Positions 1 to 11,590 of a stretch of DNA of 64,000 bases are shown piece by piece. The stretch is from Felis catus. Taxonomy: Eukaryota. The first letter of the stretch is position 1. Every line of letters begins with the position of its first letter. Below the pieces are notes generated by a model. That model worked only from the letters and a program-made list of their open reading frames with translations, did not search any database and was not told the DNA's origin. The stretch lies in NCBI RefSeq assembly GCF_018350175.1, contig NC_058383.1, positions 2,046,001 through 2,110,000 on the forward strand, in the 5' to 3' direction. A program made the translations under genes and the position numbers.

Positions 1-589
1 CACAGGGAGCCTGAGCGCCGTCCGTGAGCTGCGTCGCCACCTTCCCTGGCTGTGCTTTTGGCACCTGCTGTGGTTCCCGGGCCCGTGCCCGCATCTCAGG
101 CTCTCGGGGGCACCCCTGCAGGACGTGGGGACCAAAGCCCCCTCCCCCACGGCGGGAGCCACCCCCGGGTGAAGCAGCAGGTGGAGCCAGGGAGTCGGCC
201 TGTCGCACATCAGGGGCGGGAGGTGTGGGTGGTGGTGTGGCCTCGTGGCCCGGGTGGGCAGCCGGGTGCCTCGGACTCACATGTGTCCGGCACATGCCGA
301 ACACCCCGTCAATGTGCCGGCTGGACGCCACGGCCGGGCCCCCTCTTGGCGTAAGACCGCTGTCGGGGAGGACGTGCTAGGGGCTTTGTTGAAGCCGTGC
401 TGTCCTTTCTGGGCCTTCTGGAGGACGGTGGGGAGGTCGGTCCCATTTGTCTTGAGGAGCCGTGCTGCCTGCTCTGTGCAGACCTGCCGCGGGCACTGTC
501 TGATGCCCGTGTCCCTCACCGGGGGAGAGGCTGAGCCTGGGGGGCAAGGAGACTTCTGTTCTCCTGCCTTGGTCCCAGATCCTGGGTAG

Positions 590-1075
590 GGCAGGAATTA
601 CTGGTTGTCCCCTGTATCTGCTCGCTTTCCGCCATGATAATAGAACCCCCAATTTTTAGCTAGTCACACGGCTCCCAAAATAAAGGACCGTATCTCCCAG
701 CCTGCTTTGCAGCTGCCTGTGGCCATGTGACTAAGTTCTGACCAATGGCATATAAGCCAGAAGCAGCTGCTTCCAGGAGTCTCTAGCACAAAGGATAATT
801 AGCATGCTCCTCATGCCTCTTTTCTTCACTTCCTGGAATCCTACTACCTGAAATCTGAATGTGATGGCTGGAACCCCGGCCACCATTTTGAGGCCACGAG
901 GACAAAGGCCATGCCTTGAGGAGGATGGAGTGGGAAGCTGGAAGGAGCCTTGGTGTACAAGGCGCAGGGATGCTTCTCAGCCTTGTTACATCCTATCCCC
1001 AGATTTTAATTTGAGAGAGAAATGAATGCCTATCTGAAGCCTCTGCGGTTTGGTACCCCTCATCTTAACTGATAG
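590..1075. mobile_element. MaLR (MLT1-like) LTR remnant
   Basis: ccagcctgctttgcagct...ggccatgtgactaagttctgaccaatg pattern. Confidence 0.6.
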
Positions 1076-1170
1076 ATGGGGGGCGGAGCCCAGGCAGTTG
1101 GCAAGTAGTGGCTGGAGAAGTCTCTGGTACTTTTGTGGAGCGACAGCAGGAAATTAGAAATGGCAGTATG

Positions 1171-1399
1171 GGGGCGCCTGGGTGGCGCAGTCGGTTAAGT
1201 GTCCGACTTCAGCCAGGTCACGATCTCGCGGTCTGTGAGTTCGAGCCCCGCGTCAGGCTCTGGGCTGATGGCTCAGAGCCTGGAGCCTGCTTCCGATTCT
1301 GTGTCTCTCTCTCTCTCTGCCCCTCCCCCGTTCATGCTCTCGCTCTCTCTCTGTCCCAAAAATAAATAAAAAAAAGTTGAAAAAAAAAATTAAAAAAAA
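1171..1399 (+). mobile_element. Young felid CAN-SINE (SINEC_Fc-type)
   Basis: ggggcgcctgggtggcgcagtc tRNA-derived head, (CT)n and A-tail. Perfect TSD agaaatggcagtatg at 1156-1170 and 1400-1414. Confidence 0.95.
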
Positions 1400-1659
1400 A
1401 GAAATGGCAGTATGATGGGACAAGCCGTGGGGGTCAGGTATGGCCCGCAAACTGATCCTTGGCTGGTGGGAGAGTACAGGAGAAACTCCCAATCTTTTTA
1501 TACCCCGTCTTGAGCTGGGTGAAAAAGTTGGCCACAAGGATCTCTGGTGGATCTCGGGGGTGGGGTGCTTTGCAAGGAGGCTCTGGACTGACCCATGCAC
1601 CTGAGAGAGGGCTGAGGACACACTTACATCTGGGAGGGGGGCGGTCCCAGCCCCATGGG

Positions 1660-1698
1660 GGGTATATTAGGGGTCTCCAGCAAAACAGAACTACTGGG

Positions 1699-1750
<52 letters not shown>

Positions 1751-2060
1751 ATATTTAGGGAACTGGCTCATCCGATCAGGAAGGCTGGCAAGTCCAGAAT
1801 CTGTGGGCTGGGCCAGCAGGCAGGAGACCCAGCGAGGGGCCTGGGTGCAGAAATCCCTCTTGCTCAGGGAAGGTCAGCCTTTTGTTTTATTCGGGCCTTC
1901 AGAGGATTGGATGAAGCTGCCCCACATTATGAAGGGTCATCTCTTGACTCACTGTCTACTGATTTAAATGTTAATCTCACCCCAAAACACCGCCACAGAA
2001 ACATCCAGAATAATGTGTGACTGCATATCTGGGTGCCGTGGCCCAGCCAGGTAGACACAT
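1660..2060 (+). mobile_element. ERVL (MLT2-like) LTR with internal (TG)25 at 1700-1749
   Basis: tattaggggtctccagcaaaacagaac...gaactggctca...gatttaaatgttaatctca pattern. Confidence 0.75.
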
Positions 2061-2262
2061 AGCATCGGTAATCCCGGGGGGCATACCCAAGGGCCGGAGA
2101 GCCCAACACAGGACCAGGAAGACCCAGGGTGGAGAGGTTCATGCCCCCTCTGTGCCAGCCACCATGACACCGAGCTCGGGATCGACCCAGGTGGCTGGAA
2201 CTGGGGGAGGACCTTGAATTTGACCCAGTTTGAACCCAGAATGACTGAGGAAAATTACACAG

Positions 2263-4314
2263 GCATCTGAGTAGTACACAAGGGTCCTCTTTGGGCGCGT
2301 CGGAGGTCACGCGACTGTGGAATTGGCACCTGTGACCTGAAGACCACACTGGGATCTCACCGCTTAAAAAAGAGAAACCTGTGTAAAACGAGCGATAGAA
2401 ACATCCTCCCCAACCTCGTGCCACCTCGGAGGTAAGTCCTCTTTAATGATTGGGTGCGTGCTCTTCCCGGTTTCCCCGCAAAATAACCCAAATTAAAAAG
2501 CGTCTTGGCTTACTTGGCTTACTCACAAGACGACGGCACGGGCGGCTTCCTTGGGAGGTGACACCACGGGGTGGGGAGGACGGGCCACCATGGGAGAGCA
2601 CCACCGTGGCGCAGCTCAGGCAGCGGGAAGAAGAGTCTGCTGGGACCCCGGAATCAACCCCCCAGGGCCCGTGGGGGGTTCCTGGGGGCACCGGCCCTGC
2701 GTTAGGCTGTGTTTGCAAGCAGGCCAACCCTCCTGGCCTATCCCCAGCAGGGGAGGAGCCCCAGGGAAGGGAATGGAAATTCTGGTGCGGAACTCAGACC
2801 AAAGTGCATTTCAGCCCCCTTGGATCTGTCCACAGGCTGCGGCTGAGCCGGGCCTGGGGGCCACAGGCATCTGGGACAAAGCCATCCTTCACACACACTC
2901 AGGTATGCACATGTGTGTGCACACATACCCACTTGTGCACACACCCACACACACCTGCACACCGCTCGCTCACCTCCCTGCTGTCGCCCACGCTGGCCTC
3001 GGTGCTTGGAACCTTTCTGCTTCTGGTCCTCACCCAAGAGCCTCCTTTCCTTCCCTGAAGGGCCAGGTACTCAGAGCGTCCTCTGTCCCCGCACCAACCC
3101 ACCAGGTGACGACTGCCTTTCTGCACGTGTCCGCACTGCTGCCCCTTCGGCACCTGGGACCAGGCCCTGCCGGACGGGTCTGTGTCCTGCCTGGCCCAGA
3201 GCAGGTGCCTGGGGATGGCTGCGGAATGAGCGGATGAGTGATGGGCGGGTGCGGGCGCTGCACTGACGGCCGGAGGCGCGGAGCCCGGGCCCTGGCCTGC
3301 GGCATCCGTGTGCAGTGGGAGCCCGCGGGGTGCACCGTGAGCCGTGCCGGTGTGCACACGCATACTGTGGCCAGCCGAGGGGACGCGGGCGCTGAAACTA
3401 ACAGGATGTCCAACAAGGGTGCGGGAAGCTTTGCCCAGCACCTAGCCTCATTGCAAGCCTCTGTCACCGGCCTGCGGCCCAGGGAGGTGTAGCACCGGCT
3501 TGATTACTCACCTTCGGTGGCTGAGCTGGGATTTGAGCCCAGGGTGTGCGGCCTCCTCCCTTGTCGCCCCCGGAAGCCAGGCGGGATATGCCGGGCAACA
3601 GGGAGTCACAGCATGTTCGTGAGCAGGGGACAAACCCGACTGTGTCTCACCATTGCCTCGTGCCTGGTGCCTCGCATCTGCTCGGCGAAGGTGGGCTGAA
3701 AGCTGATGGGTGAGGGATGAGAATGTTGGAGAAAGAGTCCTTCAATGTTACAAAACCTTGTGAGACTCTGGTCGATGTATATGTGTGTATCTGCATGCTT
3801 ACGTGTCCACACTCGCCCGTACGTGTTTCATGGAACAGCCTCGGAAGGAAATCCTGGAAACAGGTCACAGTGAGGGACTTGAGGGGGCAAGTAGGCAGGA
3901 CACCCCTGTCCATTGTAAACGTTTTCTACCTATTTGGATTTTTACCCTGTTCCTGCATGACTTAATGTGGAAAAAAAAAAAAAAAGGAATTATTTTAAAA
4001 CCAGTGGTAGTTCCATTATACCCTGGTGTGGGCAGCTCTCTGAAATATACCAACTGAGAGAAAAAGGTTCAGAACAGTAAGTATAATATGCATTTATGTC
4101 TATTTGGCGACAATTATATAACGTATGCAAATGTGGTAGATGGGAATGATTCCTTGCAGAATTCCCAAGCCACAAAGACAAAACCTGGAGCTGTGTTTGC
4201 AAAGCCAGAGCCGCTGGTCAGAGGCGTCACGGGGCTGGGAGGAAGTGCCGGGACTTACCCCTCGCAAAGGACTCTTTGTTCCACAGACAGATCCGCCCCA
4301 AGTTTCTGGGGCTG
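2263..4314 (+). pseudogene. Candidate degenerate 3' exons of KIF19B (2263-2431, 3375-3486, 4005-4076, 4160-4314)
   Basis: AG...GT-bounded blocks, three with GTAAGT donors (2432, 4077, 4315). In-frame stops occur in two blocks. Identity is inferred from recalled synteny (Kif19b/KIF19BP lies just upstream of CHST12), not from a clear motif. Confidence 0.35.
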
Positions 4315-5099
4315 GTAAGTCCTCAGAGCCCCTGTCAGGGCCACGTGTGCACCTGCGTGAGCGTGCGCTGCGTGAGGAGCAGGCCGGCCGGGGTCTGTTC
4401 CACGGGGCCCCCTCCCGGGAAGGGAGGGAGCTTGGGGCTGCCCGCGACTAAGCCGCCCTCCCTGGAAGGTCGGCTCTGAGGCCCAGAGGGTCAGCTTTCT
4501 CCTCTGCCTGCAGCTGGAGGTCCAGATCGTGCCGGGTACCAGGTGGGGAAGGGAGGAAACCTGGAATCCGGTGAGGGGGGGGCATAAAGAGGGGCAGGAC
4601 GGAGCCCCGGGCAGGCACGGATGCCCCGAGGTCCGGTGCAGACAGACCCCCCCGCCCCATGGATCAAATAGATGAAGGAATTAAGTCATTCAGGAAGTAG
4701 TTTACCCCCTGCCTAAGCCCTTAGTGACTCCTCTCTCTCCAGCCCCGCCGGTCCCCCTGCTTACTCTTTGGACACTTGTGGATTTATCCAGCACCGACCA
4801 CGTGGCAGGCACTAGATGCACAGGACGCAGCTGCCACTGGGCAGACACGGGCCGAGCCGACCCTCATGGAGCCCACGTTCTAAAGAAGGTGGGGCGGAGA
4901 ATGAATGGCAAGCGCTCTGATGAAAACGAGCCGCAGGGGCAGAGTGCTGGGGGAGAGGCTGGTCAAGGAAGGCCTCCTGGAGGAGGTGCAGCCTAGGTGG
5001 AGAGCGGAGCACCGGGCAAAGGCCCTGGAGCAGACTGGTGGTGTTGGCTCTGATAAGGTAATTCCGTAAACATCAGAACCCCGAGCTGGACTTGGGAGG

Positions 5100-5462
5100 T
5101 GCTATGGCCTCAATGCTGGTGTCCCCCTAAAATTCATATTTTGAAATCCTGACCCCCAGCGATGATGGTATTGGGAGGTGGGGCCTCTGGGAGGTGCTTA
5201 GGTCACGAGGGAGGAGCCCTCAATGGTTGGGACCAGTGCCTTTACAGAAGAGGCTCCAGGGAGCTCCCCGGTCCTCTCCGCCATGTGGGGACACGACGAG
5301 AGGGCGCTGGCCGCGAACTGGGAAGAGGGCCTTCCCCAGAATGTGGCCACGCGGCACCTTGATCTTGGACGCCCAGCCTGGAGGACTGTGCGTAACACAC
5401 GTCTGTTGTTTATAAGCGCCCTGGTCTGCGGGATCGTGTTATAGGAGCCCGAATGGACTAAG
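5100..5462 (+). mobile_element. MaLR (MLT1A-like) LTR
   Basis: tgctatgg...gtgtccccctaaaattcatattttgaaatcct...ggactaag. Confidence 0.75.
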
Positions 5463-8369
5463 CTAGGAAAGCAGCAAAGAGGGCCCCGGGCAGAGACGTG
5501 AGCGTTCCGGCAACTCTAAGAGAACCAGCAGGTCCTGTCGAGGCCTGGAGCCTGACAGAGGGCACATGAAGACTTCTGAATGGCCCCGCCTGCCTGCAGC
5601 GTGGACGCTGCCCAGTGACTCGCCCGGGGTCCTGGCGTCTTGTACGGGGCAGAGGCTGGATCTGCCAACGATGGGGCCTGGCTGGAAACAGCCCGTGCTC
5701 ACTACTGTGTTGTTCCGAGGCTTTGTTGCGAGAGGAGAGGGATGTGGGGGAGCACGTCTCCGACCCGGAGACAGATGGGCAGGGAAGGAGAGCCCGTTGG
5801 GGAGCGTCCTGCAGAAGAGGGGCACACAGTCTGGGTGGCCCAGAGGAGCGAGCTGGGAGGTGTGCAAGCAGGGACCGGCACCTCATACGGGTGACGGAAG
5901 CCACGGGGTGGCAGGGCGTTTGACATCCCTCTGGCTTCCTCCTGAGAGCCGGTGGGCACCCACTCCCTGAGCTGGCTTGCCCTTTCTGATTTTGCACACA
6001 TTAGCCTGTGTGGAGACCATGAGGGCTCGGGTACAACTCAGACGGGGACTTCCCTCCCTCCAGGGGTCCCCAGCCTTCCTGTCCACACCCCAGGGTAGCC
6101 CTTAGCAGGTGGAGTTGGGGGCTGGGTTTCACCCTTCCAGCGCTCCTCAGACTCTGTGAGCTAGAACCAGGAACCCCTAGCCTCGGCCCTCCAGGGTCCC
6201 CTTTCCTTCTCTGCTGCCTCTTGAATGAAATGTAGCCTCTGTGGCATCTGTCCCGTATTGGTGATCGCAGCGACCAGGAGGGTGAAGCTGAAGGTGAAAG
6301 AGAGGGTTTGCCAGGACCCGGTCTGGGGTGAGGTGCATCGGGCTTGGCAGACCCCTAGGGTGCTGGCAGCCTCTGACATCACTTTCCATGGTCCCGTCTC
6401 CAGCCAGCACCTCTTTCTCCAAGTTCAAGACGCAGGCATCCTCCTGTCTCCCCAACAGCTATGCTGTGCGGCAGGTGTTTCTGGCTGTGCACGCTCAAAG
6501 CCAAGTTCACAGCATTTGTGCCCCCAGATGTTCCTCAGCATCTCCTACCTCTGGTGCAGCGTACCCTTGACTCCTCTGCCCCCTCCCTCCATCAGCCAGT
6601 CCCAAGCCTACCCTCTTCCCCCAGCCTCTCTCCCACACCACCCTGCAGTCAGGACCCCGCAGAGCCTCCCAGCTGGTCTCCCTGCACACACCCTCTCTCT
6701 CATATGCATAGCCACTGCAGGAGGTGAGGGTTCTTGCTTCCAGCGTCATACAGGTAAGGCCACGGAGTCAGGGAGGTTGGAAGACCCACCGTGGTCACAC
6801 AGGTGCTAGGAAACGGCCCCAGCATCCAGAGCCGGGCCCCTACCATCCCGGGATTGGCCCACACCACCCAGTAAGACACGGGAACAAAACAGTGCGACGA
6901 GACTGGGGTGGGGCTGAGGGCGCTTGCACGCAGGATGAACCAGGACTCCTGGGGCCGCTCTCAGATCTTGTGGCCTGCAAAGATACAGGTTGAATCTGTG
7001 ACTCATGCCTCTGCTTTGTTTTATTTCTCCTCCCTGGTGCTCACACCCATCCAGCACCCTGGAGCACTCAGAATCTCCCTGATGCCTCTATCTATCACAG
7101 GCAGTTGACATTTCCTGGCCAAGCCACAGTTACTTTTCTCTTTTCTCTGTAGCCACGCTGGTTATGAAACCAGAAAGAGTTGCAGGCAGCATGGGACGCC
7201 GGGATAGCTAAGACGAAAACACGGACACCGAGCCTGGCTGTCAGCCTGGGGAGGCTGCTGCCTGTGCACGGGGGTCCGGGGTCCACGAAGGTGGGCCATG
7301 GCCGGTCAAGTTGCTGTGGAGACAGACAGCTGGGGTCCAGCAGCCTGAAGGCAGCCAGGGCCTAGAAGAGGGGGAGATGAAGGTCCTCTCCAGGGCGGAG
7401 CCGGCCTGCTCACAGATCCCCCTGGGCTGGGGGGGCTGGAGCGGAGGCCGTTGCTGGTTCTGGAGCCCCGCCTTTGCTTCTGGTCCTGACTCTGCCTCTT
7501 ACACCGCTGTGTGTCTTTGGATAGTTGGTTCACTTCTCTGGGCCTCTGCCATCTCGTCTGGGAACAAGGAGAGAATGTGTGGCTATCTCAGCGAGGGCAG
7601 GTGCACAGCTAAGGGGAGAACTGGGCGGAGGGTTGGTTTTTTATGTTTTTTTTTTTTTTTTAAATTGAGGTGAAACTGACATGAGATAAAAATCAACCAA
7701 TTTAAAGGGAACACCTCAGTGGTATTTAGCACATTCACGGTGTTTTGCGACCATGACCTCTCGCTCGATGTGGCACATTTCACCTCAAAAGGGGACTTGG
7801 CGACATTATGGTCTTGCTCCCCCTCTCTCCTCCCCATCAAGGGAATGGGTGGTCTCATCTCAGCCTGAGTCCTGGCACTCCCTGCGTGGTCTTGGAGTTG
7901 TTCAAGTTCCCAGGAAGGCTTTGGTAGCGTGAGATTGTGGTTCCTGGGCACCTAAATGTCTAGGTAATTCAGACGAACCTTTTCCAAGCCCCCCAGATGC
8001 AGGCAACTCACAGGAACACTCTTTAAAATTGCACCACACCTTATCCTGGTGAAAGGTCTGAGAAGTCTGGCTGTAATTAAACCTTTGAAATTTTATTTCC
8101 TGTCTCCTGCTCCTATCTGGCCGGGGAACACTTTTATCTCATCCAGGGGGGTACCCTACAGCCCTCTCTGCAGGCCACCATTTCAGGACGTCGTTTGGGA
8201 ATTGCTGGCCCAGAGGAAACATTAATTGAGCACCTCTGAATGCTTTCATTTAAATCTTCATTATGTACCCCTTCTTCCTAAGGAGGAAAATCTTGGCTGG
8301 GGAGAAAACTACATTTGAAAAGATTTTCAAAATGAAGCCACAGCGTATATAGGACAACATTTATCCTGT

Positions 8370-8940
8370 TGAATGCAGAGTTTTATGAATTTTGACCAAC
8401 ACAGTCCAGGAACCACCAGCACCACCATCAAGATAAAGAGTGGTTTCATCAGCCCTGAAACCTCCCTCTGCCCCTCCGTACTCAGCCCTTCCTACAACCG
8501 CTCCCCCAGGAAGGACCTGTCATTCTCGTTTTGCCTTGTCCAGAATGTCCTCTAAATGGAATCACGCAGGATACAGTCTTGAGGCTGGCTCAACGCGGAG
8601 CGCACCTCAGGTTCACCTGTGTTGCTACGCCAGTTGGTGTTCACTGCTGAGTTAGTGTCCCGATGTACAGACGTCCTACAGTCTGTCTGTTCGTTTGCCA
8701 GTTGAAGGAGTCTTGGGTGCTTTCCAGTTTTTGGCAATTATGGATAAGCCACTAAAAATACTTGCATTCAGGCTTCTGTGCAAATGTCAGCCTCCATCTC
8801 TCTTAGGCGAATACCCGGGAGTGTGTGTGTTGGTTTGCTTGGTAAAGTTACAGTTAACTTTTTACAAACCCGCCAAACTGTTTTCCAAGGGGCTATGCCA
8901 TTTTGCATTCCTACCAGCAATGTAGGAGGGCTCCAGCCGC
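8370..8940 (-). mobile_element. Old L1 3' remnant
   Basis: ccaaactgttttccaag...ccattttgcattcctaccagcaatg. Confidence 0.7.
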
Positions 8941-9059
8941 GCGCACTCTTCATCGGCACTAGGTTTCGCCAGTTTTTAAACATTTACTGTAACCATTCTT
9001 ATAAATGTTTCAAGGGAAATAACGTTTTAAAACAGTTCATTCTATAATTTTTCAGAAAT

Positions 9060-9430
9060 ACTGTTATGGGCTTTAAAAGGACATGTGGGAGTACTAAACC
9101 CCAGGACCTCAGATATGACCTTATTTGAAGACAGGATCTTTGCAAAGGAAATCAAGTTAAAAGGAGGTCTTGAGGGTGGCCCTCGTGCAGTGTGGCTCCG
9201 CCCTTACAAAAGAGGAAATGTGGACACAGAGATAGAAGGAAGTAATGTGAACACACACACAGAAGACGGCCAGCAAGCCCACAAGCGAGGCCCCAGACAG
9301 AGTCGCCTCCCAGCCTTGAAGGAAGCAGCCCCTTGGCCTCCCAGCCTCCAGAACTGAGAGAGATTGCATTTCTGTCGTTTATGCCTCGTGGCCTGTGGTA
9401 CTCTGTTATGACAGGCTGAGCAAAATGATG
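9060..9430 (+). mobile_element. MaLR (MLT1B/C-like) LTR
   Basis: atgaccttatttgaagacagg...ccagcctccagaactgagagagattgcatttctg. Confidence 0.7.
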
Positions 9431-9569
9431 CGCACACAAAACAACACAGGCGAAACACGTATCTTAAGTCTTGAATCCTGTTCGTAAAATGACCTATCCA
9501 TCACCTGTCACCAGCTTAAGAACTGGAATGTCACCACTGTCTTCCCAGCTCCCTGTGTGCCCCTGCCCC

Positions 9570-9806
9570 ATGTGCACCTGCCCCAGCCATTCCACCCTGT
9601 GTGCACCTGCCCCGGCCATCCCTCCCCGTGTGCACCTGCCCTGGCCATCCCTCCCCGTGTGCACCTGTCCTGGCCATCCCTCCCCGTGTGCACCTGCCCC
9701 GGCCATTCCACCCTGTGTGCACCTGCCCCGGCCATCCCTCCCTGGGTGCACCTGCCCCGTGCCATCCCACCCTGTGTGCACTTGCCCTCTGCCATCCTTC
9801 CCTGTG
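9570..9806. repeat. 29-bp minisatellite, ~8 copies (tgtgcacctgccccggccatccctccccg)
   Basis: tgcac recurs at 9573, 9602, 9631, 9660, 9689, 9718, 9747 and 9777. Confidence 0.92.
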
Positions 9807-10859
9807 CCAGCACGGCCTGCCTGCTGAAGGGGACCTCTTTCCCAGGGAGTGGAGTGAAGGGGACTTAGGGAAAAGGAGACTGTGGAGAGAGACCACCCAC
9901 TGCTTTGAGGTGTTAGCTGAGGAATCGATAGCTGGAATGGGCAAAGGATACTGATTTTATTTTTGTGTCTATGCCGGGAGAGGCCTGACCGCGGTTAATC
10001 TGATGCAAAGGAGCGGTTGGGGTCCTTGTTTGCTTGCCGTCCCTCCTGCTAAAAGCTCGGGGAGGGCAGGGCCCTTCTGTGTCTCAGGACTCAGCAGGTG
10101 GAGACTCCGTAGTGACTGACTGCTGGGCAAGAAGAGAGTGAAGACAGAGCCTCCCCTTGGAAGGCAGTCCGCTGTGAAACCATCACTGGTGGAAACGTCC
10201 TGTGGATGGTGGCGGAGGCTGCGGAATAGCGTGAACGTACTTCCCGCCGCTGATCTGTACACTTAAAAACGGCTAAGATGGTCAACCCTGTTACGTACAT
10301 ATTACCTCCGTTAAGGAAAAGCCATGGATACAAAGAGCAAGGATCGCGAGCGCTCGCTATGCAGTGGGCATCTCACGGGGCGCTTCGCACCTGCCTGCAA
10401 GGTGAAGTCACCACCCTCTCCGACAAACCTGGGGACAACCCAGGAGAGGCTCGGTCACTCGCCCAAGGCCCCGGCCGGAGATGCTCTGCAGGCGGAGGAG
10501 GTCGCGAAGGAGCCGATAGACAGCAGGCGTTCCGTAAGCACAGGTTAGTGGCGCCGCGCGGGGCCCTCCCACCGCCCCCTGCGCACGCCGCGCGCCCACC
10601 CGCTGGAGGCGGGGCCAACGCCGCCGCCCGCAGAACGGGATTGGCTGCTGGGGAGGGGGGCGGGCTCCCGGCGCCGGGGGGCGGGGCCGATCGCGGGTTG
10701 TAAATACGGCGCCACACGGCACTGGTTGAGGAGGGCGGGGGCGGGGTGCGGAGAGCGCAGGCGCGTTGAAGGCGTGCGCCCCTCGGCCTCCGTGGCCCCT
10801 CCGTGGGCCTCGACTTCTCGCGAGACGTGGAGCGGAAGGCGGGGCTCCGGGCTCCGGGG

Positions 10860-10926
10860 GGCGGGGCCGGCGGAGGGACAGCCTCGGGAGGGTCGGCTGG
10901 TGGTGAGGCGGCGGCGGCGACGCGAG
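10860..10926 (+). other. CHST12: Probable non-coding exon 1 of CHST12 (start approximate), donor gag|GTGAGG at 10927
   Basis: GC-rich segment with a (GGC)n run ending in a consensus donor inside the CpG island. CHST12 is known to have a non-coding first exon. Confidence 0.6.
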
Positions 10927-11325
10927 GTGAGGTGAAGTGAGGTGAGCTGAGGCGCTCGAGGCGCGAGGCGGCGTGCTGGGCGCGGGCGGCGGGCGGGTTC
11001 TGGTTCCCTCCTTCAGCCCACCTGGTGGGTCCGCGGCCCCGGGCCGAGTCCCCGCGCCGGCCACTGTGTGACCTTGGCCCGGCTCGCAGCCTCTCTGAGC
11101 CCCAGGTTGCCCCGCGCCGCAGGGCGGCGGCGGGTGGGGTGCTCCGCAGGCGCGCTCCCGGTCCGCGCCCTCGGCGGTGCTCGCAGCCGGGCCTCACGCC
11201 GCAGTGCTCCGAGGGCCCTCGCAGGCTCCCTGCGCGCGGACCCCGGGCCAGCCGGAGCCCCCGCACCGCCGCGCCTACCGGGGACCGGGGGCTCCTCCCG
11301 CCGGTCTGCGTTGGGCAGCCCCGCC

Positions 11326-11590
11326 AGGGACCCCAGACCGGGCTGCGCCGGGCGCCCTCCTCTCCCGGGGACCCCAGCTCGGCCTGCGCTGGGCGCCCTC
11401 CCCCACCCCGGGGACCCCAGCTCGGCCTGCGCCGGACGCTCCCCCCTACTCCAGGAACCCCAGGCAGGCCTGCGCCGGGCGCCCTCCTCTCCCGGGGACC
11501 CCAGCTCGGCCTGCGCTGGGCGCTCCCCTCCCCACCCCGGGGACCCCAGCTCGGCCTGCGCTGGGCGCCCCCACCCCGGGGACCCCAGGC
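11326..11590. repeat. GC-rich ~40-45-bp minisatellite, ~6.5 copies (ggggaccccagctcggcctgcgctgggcgccc...)
   Basis: gggaccccag-type heads recur 7 times at the 5' end of CHST12 intron 1. Confidence 0.9.

Noticed and set aside
1171..1260. tRNA-like A/B-box sequences
   Set aside because: They are the tRNA-derived heads of CAN-SINEs, not tRNA genes.
9471..9954. Cys/Pro-repeat ORFs or a CRISPR-like array at the 29-bp repeat
   Set aside because: These are head-to-tail repeats without unique spacers in mammalian DNA, i.e. a VNTR; ORFs are open in all frames.
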